From positions 2,203-66,202 of the forward strand of contig CAYQYW010000005.1 of NCBI GenBank assembly GCA_964421995.1: a stretch of 64,000 bases of DNA, read 5' to 3'. The DNA comes from an uncultured Candidatus Saccharibacteria bacterium. GTDB lineage: Bacteria; Patescibacteriota; Minisyncoccia; Phycocordibacterales; CAYQYW01. Of this stretch, positions 37,525 to 46,513 are shown piece by piece. Under the pieces are notes generated by a model. That model saw only the letters and a list, made by a program, of their open reading frames with translations. It searched no databases and was not told where the DNA came from. Each line of letters begins with the position of its first letter. Within the stretch, counting starts at the first letter, position 1. A program made the position numbers and the translations under genes.

Positions 37525-38790
37525 ATGCTAGATATTAAATTTATTCGAGAAAACCTAGATTTAGTCAAAGAGGGGGCTAACAAGAAGTACATTAATGTTG
37601 ATATTGATGGACTGTTAGTAGTGGATGATGAGCGGAAAAAATTGATTGGGTCGCTTGAAGCAAAGCGGGCAGAGCAGAATTCTTTTACTGCAAAAATTGC
37701 ACAGGAGCAGGATCCCGAAATAAAGAAGAAAATGATTGAACAGATGCGGACTCTAAAGGATGGAATGCAGGAAGAAGAGGAAAAATTAAAGGAAGTGATG
37801 CGAGAGTGGCAAACACTCATGATTCAAGTTCCTAATGTTCCTGACATGACAGTTCCTGAGGGAAAGGATGATGCTGATAATCAGCAAATTCGAGTTTGGG
37901 GAGACAAATCAGAATTTCCATTTGAACCAAAAGGTCATATTGAGCTCATGGAAAAGCATGACATGCTAGATCTTGAACGAGGCATCAAGGTTTCAGGATT
38001 TAGAGGATATTTCTTGAAAAATGACGGTGTACTCTTGAACTTTGCACTATGGCAATTTGCTGTTGAACACTTTACGAAACATGATTTTACTCCACTTCTA
38101 GCACCTTCACTGGTTCGAAGAGAGACACTTCTTGGTACGGGATATCTTCCTCAGGGAGAAGATGATCTATATAAGACACAAGATGATGAGTATCTAGCGG
38201 GGACTTCAGAAGTTGCAGTGATGAATTACTATTCTGGAGAAGTGTTGAACAAGAAAGACTTGCCAATAAAATTTTTTGCTTTTTCTCCATGCTTCCGAAG
38301 AGAAGCGGGAAGTCATGGAAAAGATACAAAAGGGATTATGCGAGTGCATGAGTTCTTTAAATTTGAGCAGGTGGTGCTTTGTGAGGCAAGTCATGAAGCG
38401 TCAGTAGCGCTTCATGAAGAGATCAATAGTAATACTGAAGCATTACTGCAGAAGTTAGGAATTCCATATCAAGTCGTGGTAAATTGCGGAGGAGATTTAG
38501 GACTTGGACAAGTAAAGAAATATGACATTGAGCTATGGGTTCCTTCAGAAAAAAACTATAGAGAAATTAGTTCAGCTTCTTACTTCCATGATTTTCAATC
38601 AAGAAGACTTAATATTCGGTATAAAGATACGGATGGCAAATTAAAGTTTGTTCATTCATTAAACGCAACAGCACTTCCGACACCGCGGTCACTCATTGCG
38701 GTAATTGAAAACAATCAACAAGCAGATGGAACCATTAAAGTACCAGAAGTACTACAAAAATACATGGGTAAGGAGGTGATTGGTAGATAG
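37525..38790 (+). CDS. serS: Seryl-tRNA synthetase
   Basis: N-terminal coiled-coil arm, class II motifs (FRRE-type, GSHGKDTKGIMRVHEF), C-terminal GTxxA. Confidence 0.9.
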   Translation: MLDIKFIRENLDLVKEGANKKYINVDIDGLLVVDDERKKLIGSLEAKRAEQNSFTAKIAQEQDPEIKKKMIEQMRTLKDGMQEEEEKLKEVMREWQTLMIQVPNVPDMTVPEGKDDADNQQIRVWGDKSEFPFEPKGHIELMEKHDMLDLERGIKVSGFRGYFLKNDGVLLNFALWQFAVEHFTKHDFTPLLAPSLVRRETLLGTGYLPQGEDDLYKTQDDEYLAGTSEVAVMNYYSGEVLNKKDLPIKFFAFSPCFRREAGSHGKDTKGIMRVHEFFKFEQVVLCEASHEASVALHEEINSNTEALLQKLGIPYQVVVNCGGDLGLGQVKKYDIELWVPSEKNYREISSASYFHDFQSRRLNIRYKDTDGKLKFVHSLNATALPTPRSLIAVIENNQQADGTIKVPEVLQKYMGKEVIGR

Positions 38791-39568
38791 TATGAAGAGA
38801 GGGCTTCGATCTAGAGCACTCGTGCAAAAAAAACGTAAGATTCTATTACAGAAATTTACGGCTCTTTCTTTTATTATTGTTTTTATTTTGAGCTCGTACT
38901 CCGTTTTGTCTCAACTTAAGAGTATCACCATTTCAACAATTGAGGTGCAGGGGAATAACGTAGTATCAGTTCAGGAGCTCACCACAATTGCAGAGAATGA
39001 GTTAGCGGGAAATTATTGGTATTTATTTTCTAAATCAAACATAGCACTGTATTCAGAAAAGAACATCACTGCTTCTGTGTATGATTTGTACAAGAGGATA
39101 AAAAAGATTGATGTGGGAAGGAGAAACCTACAGACTATCTATATGAGAGTTGAGGAGCGGGAGCCATACGCACTATGGTGTACGGATGTTTGTTACTTCT
39201 TAGATGATCGAGGGTACATTTTTGCAGAAGCTCCTGAGTTTACCAGCATGGTGTACTTTACGTATGAAATTCCGCTATCGTCTGACCCCATTGGAACACA
39301 ATTATTTACAGAAAAAGAATTTAGTGAAATAGAGTTGTTATTAAAATCACTTAGAGATTTAGGATTAGTTCCGATAAAGATTTCATTAATTGACGAAATT
39401 GATTTTGAGGTTCAGTTGAAAGATGAAAGCGCCATTATGTTTAGTAGGAATCAAGATTTTGCTGAGGTGTTTGATAATCTTGAATCGGTATACAATGAAA
39501 TTGATGGACTACTAGAATATATTGATTTTAGGTTTGGTAGCAAAGTATATTACCGATATGTGGAATAA
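38780..39568 (+). CDS. ftsQ: Cell division protein FtsQ/DivIB-like (TM plus POTRA)
   Basis: Basic N-terminus, one TM helix, POTRA-like IEVQGNNVVSVQEL region. Start may be the downstream MKRGL. Confidence 0.55.
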   Translation: MVDSMKRGLRSRALVQKKRKILLQKFTALSFIIVFILSSYSVLSQLKSITISTIEVQGNNVVSVQELTTIAENELAGNYWYLFSKSNIALYSEKNITASVYDLYKRIKKIDVGRRNLQTIYMRVEEREPYALWCTDVCYFLDDRGYIFAEAPEFTSMVYFTYEIPLSSDPIGTQLFTEKEFSEIELLLKSLRDLGLVPIKISLIDEIDFEVQLKDESAIMFSRNQDFAEVFDNLESVYNEIDGLLEYIDFRFGSKVYYRYVE

Positions 39569-39610
39569 TTTAAAAAAGCCGTTTTTTGTGATGGCGCCGA
39601 TGGCAGATGT
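39522..39610. repeat. Source copy of an 89-bp segment (ftsQ 3' end / dus 5' end) duplicated in inverted orientation at 42767-42855
   Basis: Appears to be a perfect reverse-complement match to 42767-42855. Confidence 0.8.
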
Positions 39611-40499
39611 AACTGACGCTGCATTTAGGCAGATTATCAATACGTACGGAAAGCCAGATGTTTTCTATACCGAGTTTGTCTCAGCGGACGGACTTTTCCT
39701 CGGTGGCTATGACGCCTTAATTAAAGATCTTTCATTCACTGAAGCTGAACGACCGATTGTTGCACAATTTTTTACCTCAAAGCCTGAATTAATGGAGAAG
39801 GCTGCAACGTTAGCAAAGGAATTAGGGTTTGATGGAGTTGATATAAATATGGGGTGCCCTGATAAATCAATTGAGAAACAAGGAGCTGGTGCATCACTTA
39901 TGAAAAATCCCGCTTTAGCTCAAAAGTTACTGTATGCTGCCAAGAAAGGAGGGCTTCCTGTGTCGGTCAAAATTCGTATTGGATATAATACAAATGAGTT
40001 GCATACCTGGCTTCCTACTATATTAGAAACAGAACCAGAAGCAGTGATTGTACATGCCCGCACTAGAAAGGAAATGTCAAACGTTCCCGCAGACTGGACC
40101 CAAATTAAAAGAGCAGTGGAACTACGAGACGAATGTAATTCTAAATCACTCATTGTTGGAAATGGAGATGTTCTGTCAGTAGAAGATGGTAGACAGAAAA
40201 TAAAAGAAACAGGATGTGATGGAGTGATGATTGGCCGGGGCATATTTGGCAATCCATGGTTGTTCTCTGAAAAGCATGTTTCGATTAAAGAAAAACTAAG
40301 CGTGATGGTGGAACATACCAAATTGTTTGAAGAACTACTTGGAGATGTAAAGAATTTTGCAATCATGAAAAAACATTATAAAGCATACGTTTCTGACTTT
40401 GCTGGAGCAAAAGAACTGCGAATAGAACTAATGAAAGCAAAGAGTGCTGAGGAGGTAGGAGTACGTGTGAATAACTTTATTGAACAGAATCTCGTTTGA
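39558..40499 (+). CDS. dus: tRNA-dihydrouridine synthase
   Basis: FVMAPMADVTDAAFR, TIM-barrel FMN motifs, catalytic Cys region NMGCPDK. Confidence 0.85.
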   Translation: MWNNLKKPFFVMAPMADVTDAAFRQIINTYGKPDVFYTEFVSADGLFLGGYDALIKDLSFTEAERPIVAQFFTSKPELMEKAATLAKELGFDGVDINMGCPDKSIEKQGAGASLMKNPALAQKLLYAAKKGGLPVSVKIRIGYNTNELHTWLPTILETEPEAVIVHARTRKEMSNVPADWTQIKRAVELRDECNSKSLIVGNGDVLSVEDGRQKIKETGCDGVMIGRGIFGNPWLFSEKHVSIKEKLSVMVEHTKLFEELLGDVKNFAIMKKHYKAYVSDFAGAKELRIELMKAKSAEEVGVRVNNFIEQNLV

Positions 40500-40573
40500 T
40501 GTAGAATAGGAAAGATTATGAATATAGGCAAGCAAAAAACTAAACGCAACTCTATATCATTATTTTGTATTTA

Positions 40574-40597
40574 AACCCTCCGTTGGAGGGTTTTTTA
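40574..40597 (+). terminator. Rho-independent terminator after dus
   Basis: CCCTCC-GTT-GGAGGG followed by TTTTTT. Confidence 0.65.
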
Positions 40598-40615
40598 TTA
40601 GCTAACTAAATAACT

Positions 40616-41440
40616 ATGATACATAATCACATACCAATCAAAGACACCAGGAGCTATAGCTTTGCAATTAATAAGCTACGATCGTTTTTCTTGGAAAAAG
40701 GATTTTTTGAGGTGCACACGCAGGATAGGCTGAGTATATTAGCGGCGTGCGAAGACCCTGATACCGTGGCAACCTACGAATATGGTGGTCAAGTATGGCC
40801 GCTTCCACAAACGGGTCAAATGTGGCTTGAGTATGAGCTACTTTCTAATCCAGATCTTAATGGGGTGTTCTGTGTTAGCACAAGCTACCGGAATGAACCG
40901 AATCCAATTCCTGGAAGACACGAAACAATTTTCCCTATGTTTGAATTTGAGTCAAAGGGAACGCTCGATGATCTACGGCAGTTAGAAATTGATCTTTGTA
41001 CATATCTGGGGTTTGGAGACTCCTTTGTACATAAAACATATGATGAGCTCTCTAAAAAATATGGCACCGATGACTTAACTTCAGAAAATGAATTTGAAAT
41101 GGAGAAAGAGTATGGAAAGGTAGTATTTTTAGAACACTTTCCTGAAACATCCTCACCCTTCTGGAATATGAAAAGAAATGGAAAACTTGCAAACAAGATA
41201 GATGTCATCATGCATGGTATGGAAACGATTGGATCTGCGGAACGAAGTTGTGATCGAGATGAAATGAGAGAGCGATTCAACACCATTAGTAATGGAGGGT
41301 ACGCACAGTTACTCTTCGACAAGTTTGGTAAAGAACGAGTAGAGAACGAACTAGATGATTTTCTTACCTTAGAGCTCTTTCCTCGATATGGAGGTGGAAT
41401 TGGAATGACACGGATGGTTCGCGCGCTTCAAAGTTTGTAA
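40616..41440 (+). CDS. Class II aaRS catalytic-core paralog without anticodon-binding domain (AsnRS/AspRS-like; candidate archaeal-type asparagine synthetase AsnA, or an amino-acid ligase)
   Basis: 274 aa. Motif-1-like KLRSFFLEKGFFEVHT, motif-2-like STSYRNEPNPIPGRHETIFPMFEFE, motif-3-like GGGIGMTRMV. Confidence 0.5.
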   Translation: MIHNHIPIKDTRSYSFAINKLRSFFLEKGFFEVHTQDRLSILAACEDPDTVATYEYGGQVWPLPQTGQMWLEYELLSNPDLNGVFCVSTSYRNEPNPIPGRHETIFPMFEFESKGTLDDLRQLEIDLCTYLGFGDSFVHKTYDELSKKYGTDDLTSENEFEMEKEYGKVVFLEHFPETSSPFWNMKRNGKLANKIDVIMHGMETIGSAERSCDRDEMRERFNTISNGGYAQLLFDKFGKERVENELDDFLTLELFPRYGGGIGMTRMVRALQSL

Positions 41441-41501
41441 TCTGTACCAGTTTGGTATATAGTCAAAAACGGATGTAGGGAAACCTACAGCTATAATTCC
41501 T

Positions 41502-41530
41502 AGACCCCCTTTGCCGAGGGGGTCTTTTTA
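41502..41530 (+). terminator. Rho-independent terminator
   Basis: AGACCCCCT-TTGCCG-AGGGGGTCT followed by TTTTT. Confidence 0.7.
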
Positions 41531-41553
41531 GTGCGTGTGGTATACTACGTTAC

Positions 41554-42567
41554 ATGAATGAAGTTGCATTATATAGAAAATATAGGCCGGGATCTTTTAA
41601 AGAAACGTTGGGCCAGGATGATATCGTATCTGTCTTGGAGGGAGCAATACGTCGTGGAAATATATCACATGCCTACCTCTTCTCAGGGTCACGTGGCACC
41701 GGAAAGACAACCTTTGCTCGTATTTTTGCCAAGGCAATTGGCACAACCACTAATGACCTCTATGAAATTGATGCCGCCTCAAATAGAGGAATTGATGATA
41801 TTAGGGAATTACGAGATGCAGTGAATGTACTACCGCTTGAGTCTAAGCGAAAAGTATACATTATTGATGAGGTACATATGCTTACCAAAGAAGCATTTAA
41901 TGCGCTTCTCAAAACGCTTGAAGAGCCACCACGACATGTGATGTTTATTCTTGCAACGACTGAATTTGAAAAACTACCTGAAACCATCATATCTCGTTGT
42001 CAGTCATTTACGTTCAAAAAACCTTCTACTCATGTATTGCGTAAGATGATCACCTCGGTAGCAAAGAAGGAAGGGGTAAAAATTGACGCTGCGGGTGCGG
42101 AATTAATAGCACTTCTTGCAGATGGATCTTTTCGTGATGCTCATGGCGTCTTGCAGAAAGTGCTTGCTTCAGCGGAGTGTGAAATTACAGTAGCAGACGT
42201 AGAGAAAATTACGGGAGCGCCTAAGGGATCATTAGTAAATGATTTAGCTTTAGCACTCGGAAATAAAGATGTAGCAAAGGCGTTGAATTCCGTACATTGT
42301 GCAGTTGAAGGGAATGTTGATATGAAAGTATTTATAAAATTGTTGCTACATAAGCTGCGTGCCGTGTTGCTACTTCGATATGCGCCTGACATTAATCAAA
42401 AAAGTCATTTTTCAGATGAAGACTACATGTTCTTAACTTCATTAAGTAAGGAGAAGGGAATTGATGCTTCTCTCTTAAAAGAATTTCTAGAAGCATATAG
42501 TGGGATAGGTTCTGCAAGTGTTCCTCAGTTACCGATTGAATTGGCTATTGTGAATATTATAAAATAG
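41554..42567 (+). CDS. dnaX: DNA polymerase III subunit gamma/tau (short form)
   Basis: YRKYRPGSFKETLGQDDIV, P-loop GSRGTGKTT, box VYIIDEVHMLT, sensor region SRCQSF. Confidence 0.85.
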   Translation: MNEVALYRKYRPGSFKETLGQDDIVSVLEGAIRRGNISHAYLFSGSRGTGKTTFARIFAKAIGTTTNDLYEIDAASNRGIDDIRELRDAVNVLPLESKRKVYIIDEVHMLTKEAFNALLKTLEEPPRHVMFILATTEFEKLPETIISRCQSFTFKKPSTHVLRKMITSVAKKEGVKIDAAGAELIALLADGSFRDAHGVLQKVLASAECEITVADVEKITGAPKGSLVNDLALALGNKDVAKALNSVHCAVEGNVDMKVFIKLLLHKLRAVLLLRYAPDINQKSHFSDEDYMFLTSLSKEKGIDASLLKEFLEAYSGIGSASVPQLPIELAIVNIIK

Positions 42568-42585
42568 TGTTTCAATACGTCTATT

Positions 42586-42656
42586 ACCGGATCGTCTAAT
42601 GGTAGGACGCTTGGTTTTGGTCCAAGAAATCGGGGTTCGAGCCCCTGTCCGGTAGC
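42586..42656 (+). tRNA. tRNA-Gln (anticodon TTG)
   Basis: TACCGGATCGTCTAATGGTAGGACGCTTGGTTTTGGTCCAAGAAATCGGGGTTCGAGCCCCTGTCCGGTAG. U1-A72 pair as in bacterial tRNA-Gln. Loop TTTTGGT. Confidence 0.75.
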
Positions 42657-42766
42657 CGTTTGAATATTTGAACCGATTTGCAAGCTCCGCATACGGAGTA
42701 TTGGCTTTCTTCCCTCTACGACACAGTTCGAGGTAATAATTTTCAGCAATCTGCGCTTTCCAAGCA

Positions 42767-42855
42767 CATCTGCCATCGGCGCCATCACAAAAAACGGCTT
42801 TTTTAAATTATTCCACATATCGGTAATATACTTTGCTACCAAACCTAAAATCAAC
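42767..42855. repeat. Inverted perfect 89-bp copy of the ftsQ/dus junction (39522-39610), lying in noncoding DNA downstream of tRNA-Gln
   Basis: Reverse complement reads TTGATTTTAGGTTTGGTAGCAAAGTATATTACCGATATGTGGAATAATTTAAAAAAGCCGTTTTTTGTGATGGCGCCGATGGCAGATGT. Confidence 0.8.
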
Positions 42856-43050
42856 ACATTCCATTGGTCCAAATGTTCAGCCAACAAATCATTACTATGC
42901 AGAAAGCGTCGAATAATTTGTTTAGTGAATATCCTCACGCAGATTTGTGGTGATTCTTTTATCAAATTACACTGTCGTGTTTAAGATTTGTTTCTGATAT
43001 ACACTTAACTATCTCAAATGCTTCAAAAGTTGAGACACTAAGTCTCCAAA

Positions 43051-43083
43051 AGAAGTTCGAGGTGCGTCCCGTTGCGGGTAGCA
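43051..43083 (+). repeat. Degenerate copy of the tRNA-Gln 3' end (att-like scar A)
   Basis: AAGAAGTTCGAGGTGCGTCCCGTTGCGGGTAGC versus tRNA 3' end GGTTCGAGCCCCTGTCCGGTAGC. A shorter GTTCGAGGT fragment also occurs at 42727-42735. Confidence 0.45.
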
Positions 43084-43184
43084 TCAGTCATTAATGTACT
43101 ATTACTGTGTCATGTATAAATAGGAGTGACATGTTCTATTAGTTGTAGAGTTGTACGCATACTGATAATGCAAGATCTCATGAT

Positions 43185-43685
43185 ATGCTGTATTTTATGA
43201 AGTCCAATTATGCATTTATTGATGCACAAAATCTTTATCTCGGTTCGAAGCAAGCTAACATTAATCTCAGTTATCGGAAGTTTCGTGTTTACTTAAAGGA
43301 AAAATATAATGTAGAGCGTGCATATATTTTTATTGGATACTTGCCAGAAAATCGAGAGCTGTATGATTATCTGCAAGACAGAGATTATCTCTTAAAATTT
43401 AAGCCAGTACTTCCAGCTGGAAACGGTCAAAAACAAAAAGGTGATGTTGATGCTGACATGGCATTTAATACAATGCGCTATTATCAGGAGTATGGTAAAG
43501 CAATTTTGGTAACGAGTGACGGAGACTTTGATACGTTGGCGAGTTTTCTACGAACAAAAGACAAATTGGGTGGTGTGATCAGTCCTAATAGAGATAAGTG
43601 TTCTTCTCTTCTGCAAAAAGCAGCAAAAGGTAAAATGTTTTATCTTGAGGATGTTGGAAAGAAAATAATGAAAAAGCACCGCTAG
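43185..43685 (+). CDS. NYN-domain (LabA-like) protein, second copy
   Basis: AFIDAQNLY near the N-terminus. KGDVDADMAF and LVTSDGDFDTLASFL are NYN acidic-residue motifs. Confidence 0.6.
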   Translation: MLYFMKSNYAFIDAQNLYLGSKQANINLSYRKFRVYLKEKYNVERAYIFIGYLPENRELYDYLQDRDYLLKFKPVLPAGNGQKQKGDVDADMAFNTMRYYQEYGKAILVTSDGDFDTLASFLRTKDKLGGVISPNRDKCSSLLQKAAKGKMFYLEDVGKKIMKKHR

Positions 43686-43803
43686 AGGACGGAACCTATA
43701 GCAGTGCTTTTTCCTGATGATACATATATCATTACACAGATGAATAATAGAAGCAAGTGTGGTCCTACTATAAGGAAAGCATTACATGATATAATATATC
43801 CTG

Positions 43804-43834
43804 AAAAGTTCGAGGTACGCCCCTGTCCGGTAGC
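43804..43834 (+). repeat. Degenerate copy of the tRNA-Gln 3' end (att-like scar B)
   Basis: AAAAGTTCGAGGTACGCCCCTGTCCGGTAGC, that is the tRNA-Gln 3' end with a 5-nt insertion. Ends 6 nt before the next start codon. Confidence 0.5.
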
Positions 43835-43840
43835 AATTAT

Positions 43841-44977
43841 ATGATCAATATGATAAAACAGAAATTTCTTGATTATCATCGTTCGCATGGATTTAAAATT
43901 TATGACTCATTTCCACTGGTGATTGATGACCCTACTGTTCTTTTTACTAATGCGACCATAACACCTTTTAAGTCTATGTTTACAGGAGAAGTAAAAATGG
44001 AAAACTATGCTCTCTCACAAAAATGTTTACGTTTGGGTGGTACGGCAGGAAATCTTGAGACGTCTCGATCTGATATAAATTATACATCTTTGTTTGATAT
44101 GCTTGGCAGTGGTTTTTTTAATGTGAGCATGAATGAAGCAGTACATTATTTTGTAGAGCTACTCTCAGAAATAGGTTTTTCACAGGATCGTCTCATATTT
44201 TCAACCCTATCGGGCGTCGGTTTTGATGAAGCACTTAAATGTGCAGGCGTTGCTTCTCATCAAATATTTTTATTTGATCCCTCTGATAAGACTTTTCTTC
44301 ATGAATGGAGTTTTGGAGAAGGAGATTTACACGGACACGGTATAGTAGTTCGAGTTATTCCTGAGGAAGAGGTAACTCTTTCTAAAGACAACATAGTCGA
44401 TAAGTTTTCAGAGTATATTCAAATTGGAAGAATAGTTCATATTAATGGTATATCACATGAAAATAAAACTGTTGAAGAATTTCCATATATGGCTTTTGAT
44501 GTGGGACTTGGTTTAAGTAGAGTTGAATGTGCCCTTTTAGGAAATTCTGAATCATCAATGCGCCCATGGAGAGAAATTTCATATAATCTTCAAGGTGTGA
44601 TTCCTGGATTATCTAAAGGTGATGCTCATTATATTGCAAATTTATATTATGTAGCTAAAAGTCTTATAAGCGAGAAACTAGTACCTGGGAAAAAGAAACA
44701 TTCCTATGTTCTGCGGAAAATTATACGATTATTTATTGAAGAACTTTGGGTTAAGTCAAAAAAACTTGTAGATATTGTTGAACTTATTAGTCAACCACAG
44801 AGGTTATCAGATAATGAACTATTTTTTGAAATTATTTCACAAGAAGAAAAGGCACTTCGTAAGATACTTTCTAAAGCATTGAAAAAAAGACAGGAATACT
44901 CTACTATGAGCCCTGAAGAGTTATGGTCTACTTTTGGCATTAAAGGTAATCTCCTTAATCTTTTGAAACAAGATTAA
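43841..44977 (+). CDS. Mini-AlaRS paralog: alanyl-tRNA synthetase catalytic plus tRNA-recognition domains only (no editing or C-Ala domains)
   Basis: Collinear with E. coli AlaRS residues about 1-440. [36 protein letters not shown] matches [51 protein letters not shown] matches [28 protein letters not shown] matches [24 protein letters not shown] matches RGYVLRRIIR. The conserved FFEMLGNFSFGDYF block is degenerate ([11 protein letters not shown]). Confidence 0.6.
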   Translation: [378 protein letters not shown]

Positions 44978-46443
44978 ATATCGAGCGTAACCAATGGATT
45001 TTCATTTTGATATAGAAGAGCATTTGATTGATAAATTCCACTCATTATTTTTACTGGCATGGTCTGTGAATCTATATTAGATTTCAGATCTTCTTTTTTA
45101 ATATTTCCAAGCATAAAATTAAGATATTCTAAGATTACCCGATCTTTTGCTTTTTCAATGGTTAATTGGCCGTCAATGTTTTTTTCGATATCTTTTCCTG
45201 TAATCTTTTTAAAAGAACTTCCAGACCCAAACATTTTATTATTTCGGAAAATATAGATATCAAAGTGATTGTTGCCACCGATATCAAATTCGTCTGTGTT
45301 ATCAATATCATGCATATCTTCTGACTGATAATTGTGAACATGAATAGACTGGAAAGGTCCTTGTTGAATTATGAACTGTTGATGTTTTACTCGACCATTT
45401 CCTTTATATAAATCTTTGTTTGGAATTGCCCAAGCACGCTTCGAAAAGCTATTGTGTAATAAGTTAATAGACACGTTACAGATATTTTCACCATTTTTTA
45501 AGAATCGTAAAATATTAAATGAGTCAATTTCTCCATATTCTTTAGTTTCCTCTACATATTCTTCTCGAGTTAGATTAGATTCTTGGTATTCTGACTTAAA
45601 ATAGTTACGATAATCTCGTTCAGTTATATTCACCCTAAAGCCACTTGGAAATAACGCAGAAGAAAAAATTTGCATACTATTCGGTTGTTTTTCTTGGACT
45701 ATTCCAGCTTCATATAATTGCCAAACCATATCAAAAATATGATATCCACTGTGCGAGCATTTACCATATCCATCCTGATAGGAGTGTGATTTTTGAAAAA
45801 GTATTTCTTTTGGAAAGACCCACGTTCCATCAGCATGCATTGCTTGAATTGAAGTAACGGGTATGTTAAATTTTTCCTTTGCTTCTATAATTAGTTTTTT
45901 TACTTTTTCAAAACCATAATCGTATCTTCGTTGTATATTTATTGAAAAAATTGTTGATTTTTTATCCTGCACTTTCTTGTATGACTCAAGAAGATCATAA
46001 TAATCCTCCAATACTCCGACAGCTTGAGAGAGTTTTGTATTCTGAAATTTTCTTACAGAAATAGGTTTATCCATAAGAATGTGTAAATTTCGCTTAAGAG
46101 CCCATTCTGCGTATACTTTGTGAGATAAGGGGTCTGTTGAGATAATCACTCCAGTAATATTGAACTTATCTACAAATGCATCAAGTTCACTAATAACATT
46201 CTTCTGAAGACTTAACCCTAGTTCAATGGAATTAGAATCCAAATAATCAGTGTCCAAATAAATCATTTCAAGATCATAATTGTTTTCATGTAAATATTTC
46301 TCTATAACGTCTTTTTGTGAAGTTAGATCTACACCACCAACTAAGGTAATTGGCATAGATTTTGAATATCTTATTAGTGTAGGAATGTATATTCTTCGAG
46401 CATGAAATCCCGCTCCTATGAGCATAATGTTGATTGAAGCCAT
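44974..46443 (-). CDS. Gfo/Idh/MocA-family NAD(P)-dependent oxidoreductase
   Basis: N-terminal Rossmann IMLIGAGFHARRIYIP. MDKPIS resembles the family EKP motif. About 30% GC. Confidence 0.55.
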   Translation of the reverse strand: MASINIMLIGAGFHARRIYIPTLIRYSKSMPITLVGGVDLTSQKDVIEKYLHENNYDLEMIYLDTDYLDSNSIELGLSLQKNVISELDAFVDKFNITGVIISTDPLSHKVYAEWALKRNLHILMDKPISVRKFQNTKLSQAVGVLEDYYDLLESYKKVQDKKSTIFSINIQRRYDYGFEKVKKLIIEAKEKFNIPVTSIQAMHADGTWVFPKEILFQKSHSYQDGYGKCSHSGYHIFDMVWQLYEAGIVQEKQPNSMQIFSSALFPSGFRVNITERDYRNYFKSEYQESNLTREEYVEETKEYGEIDSFNILRFLKNGENICNVSINLLHNSFSKRAWAIPNKDLYKGNGRVKHQQFIIQQGPFQSIHVHNYQSEDMHDIDNTDEFDIGGNNHFDIYIFRNNKMFGSGSSFKKITGKDIEKNIDGQLTIEKAKDRVILEYLNFMLGNIKKEDLKSNIDSQTMPVKIMSGIYQSNALLYQNENPLVTLDI

Positions 46444-46513
46444 TTGATTTACTTAAATTTGATAATAAAATCTATCATAGCATTTTTTTACATTTATTGT
46501 ATAATTGTGATTA

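Noticed and set aside
42525-42965. 146-aa minus-strand ORF in the ORF track
   Set aside because: Its N-terminal half overlaps tRNA-Gln and the dnaX end on the opposite strand. Its only protein-like segment (ILGLVAKYITDMWNNLKKPFFVMAPMADV) is just the 89-bp inverted duplicate of the dus start. It is a chimeric artefact, not a gene.
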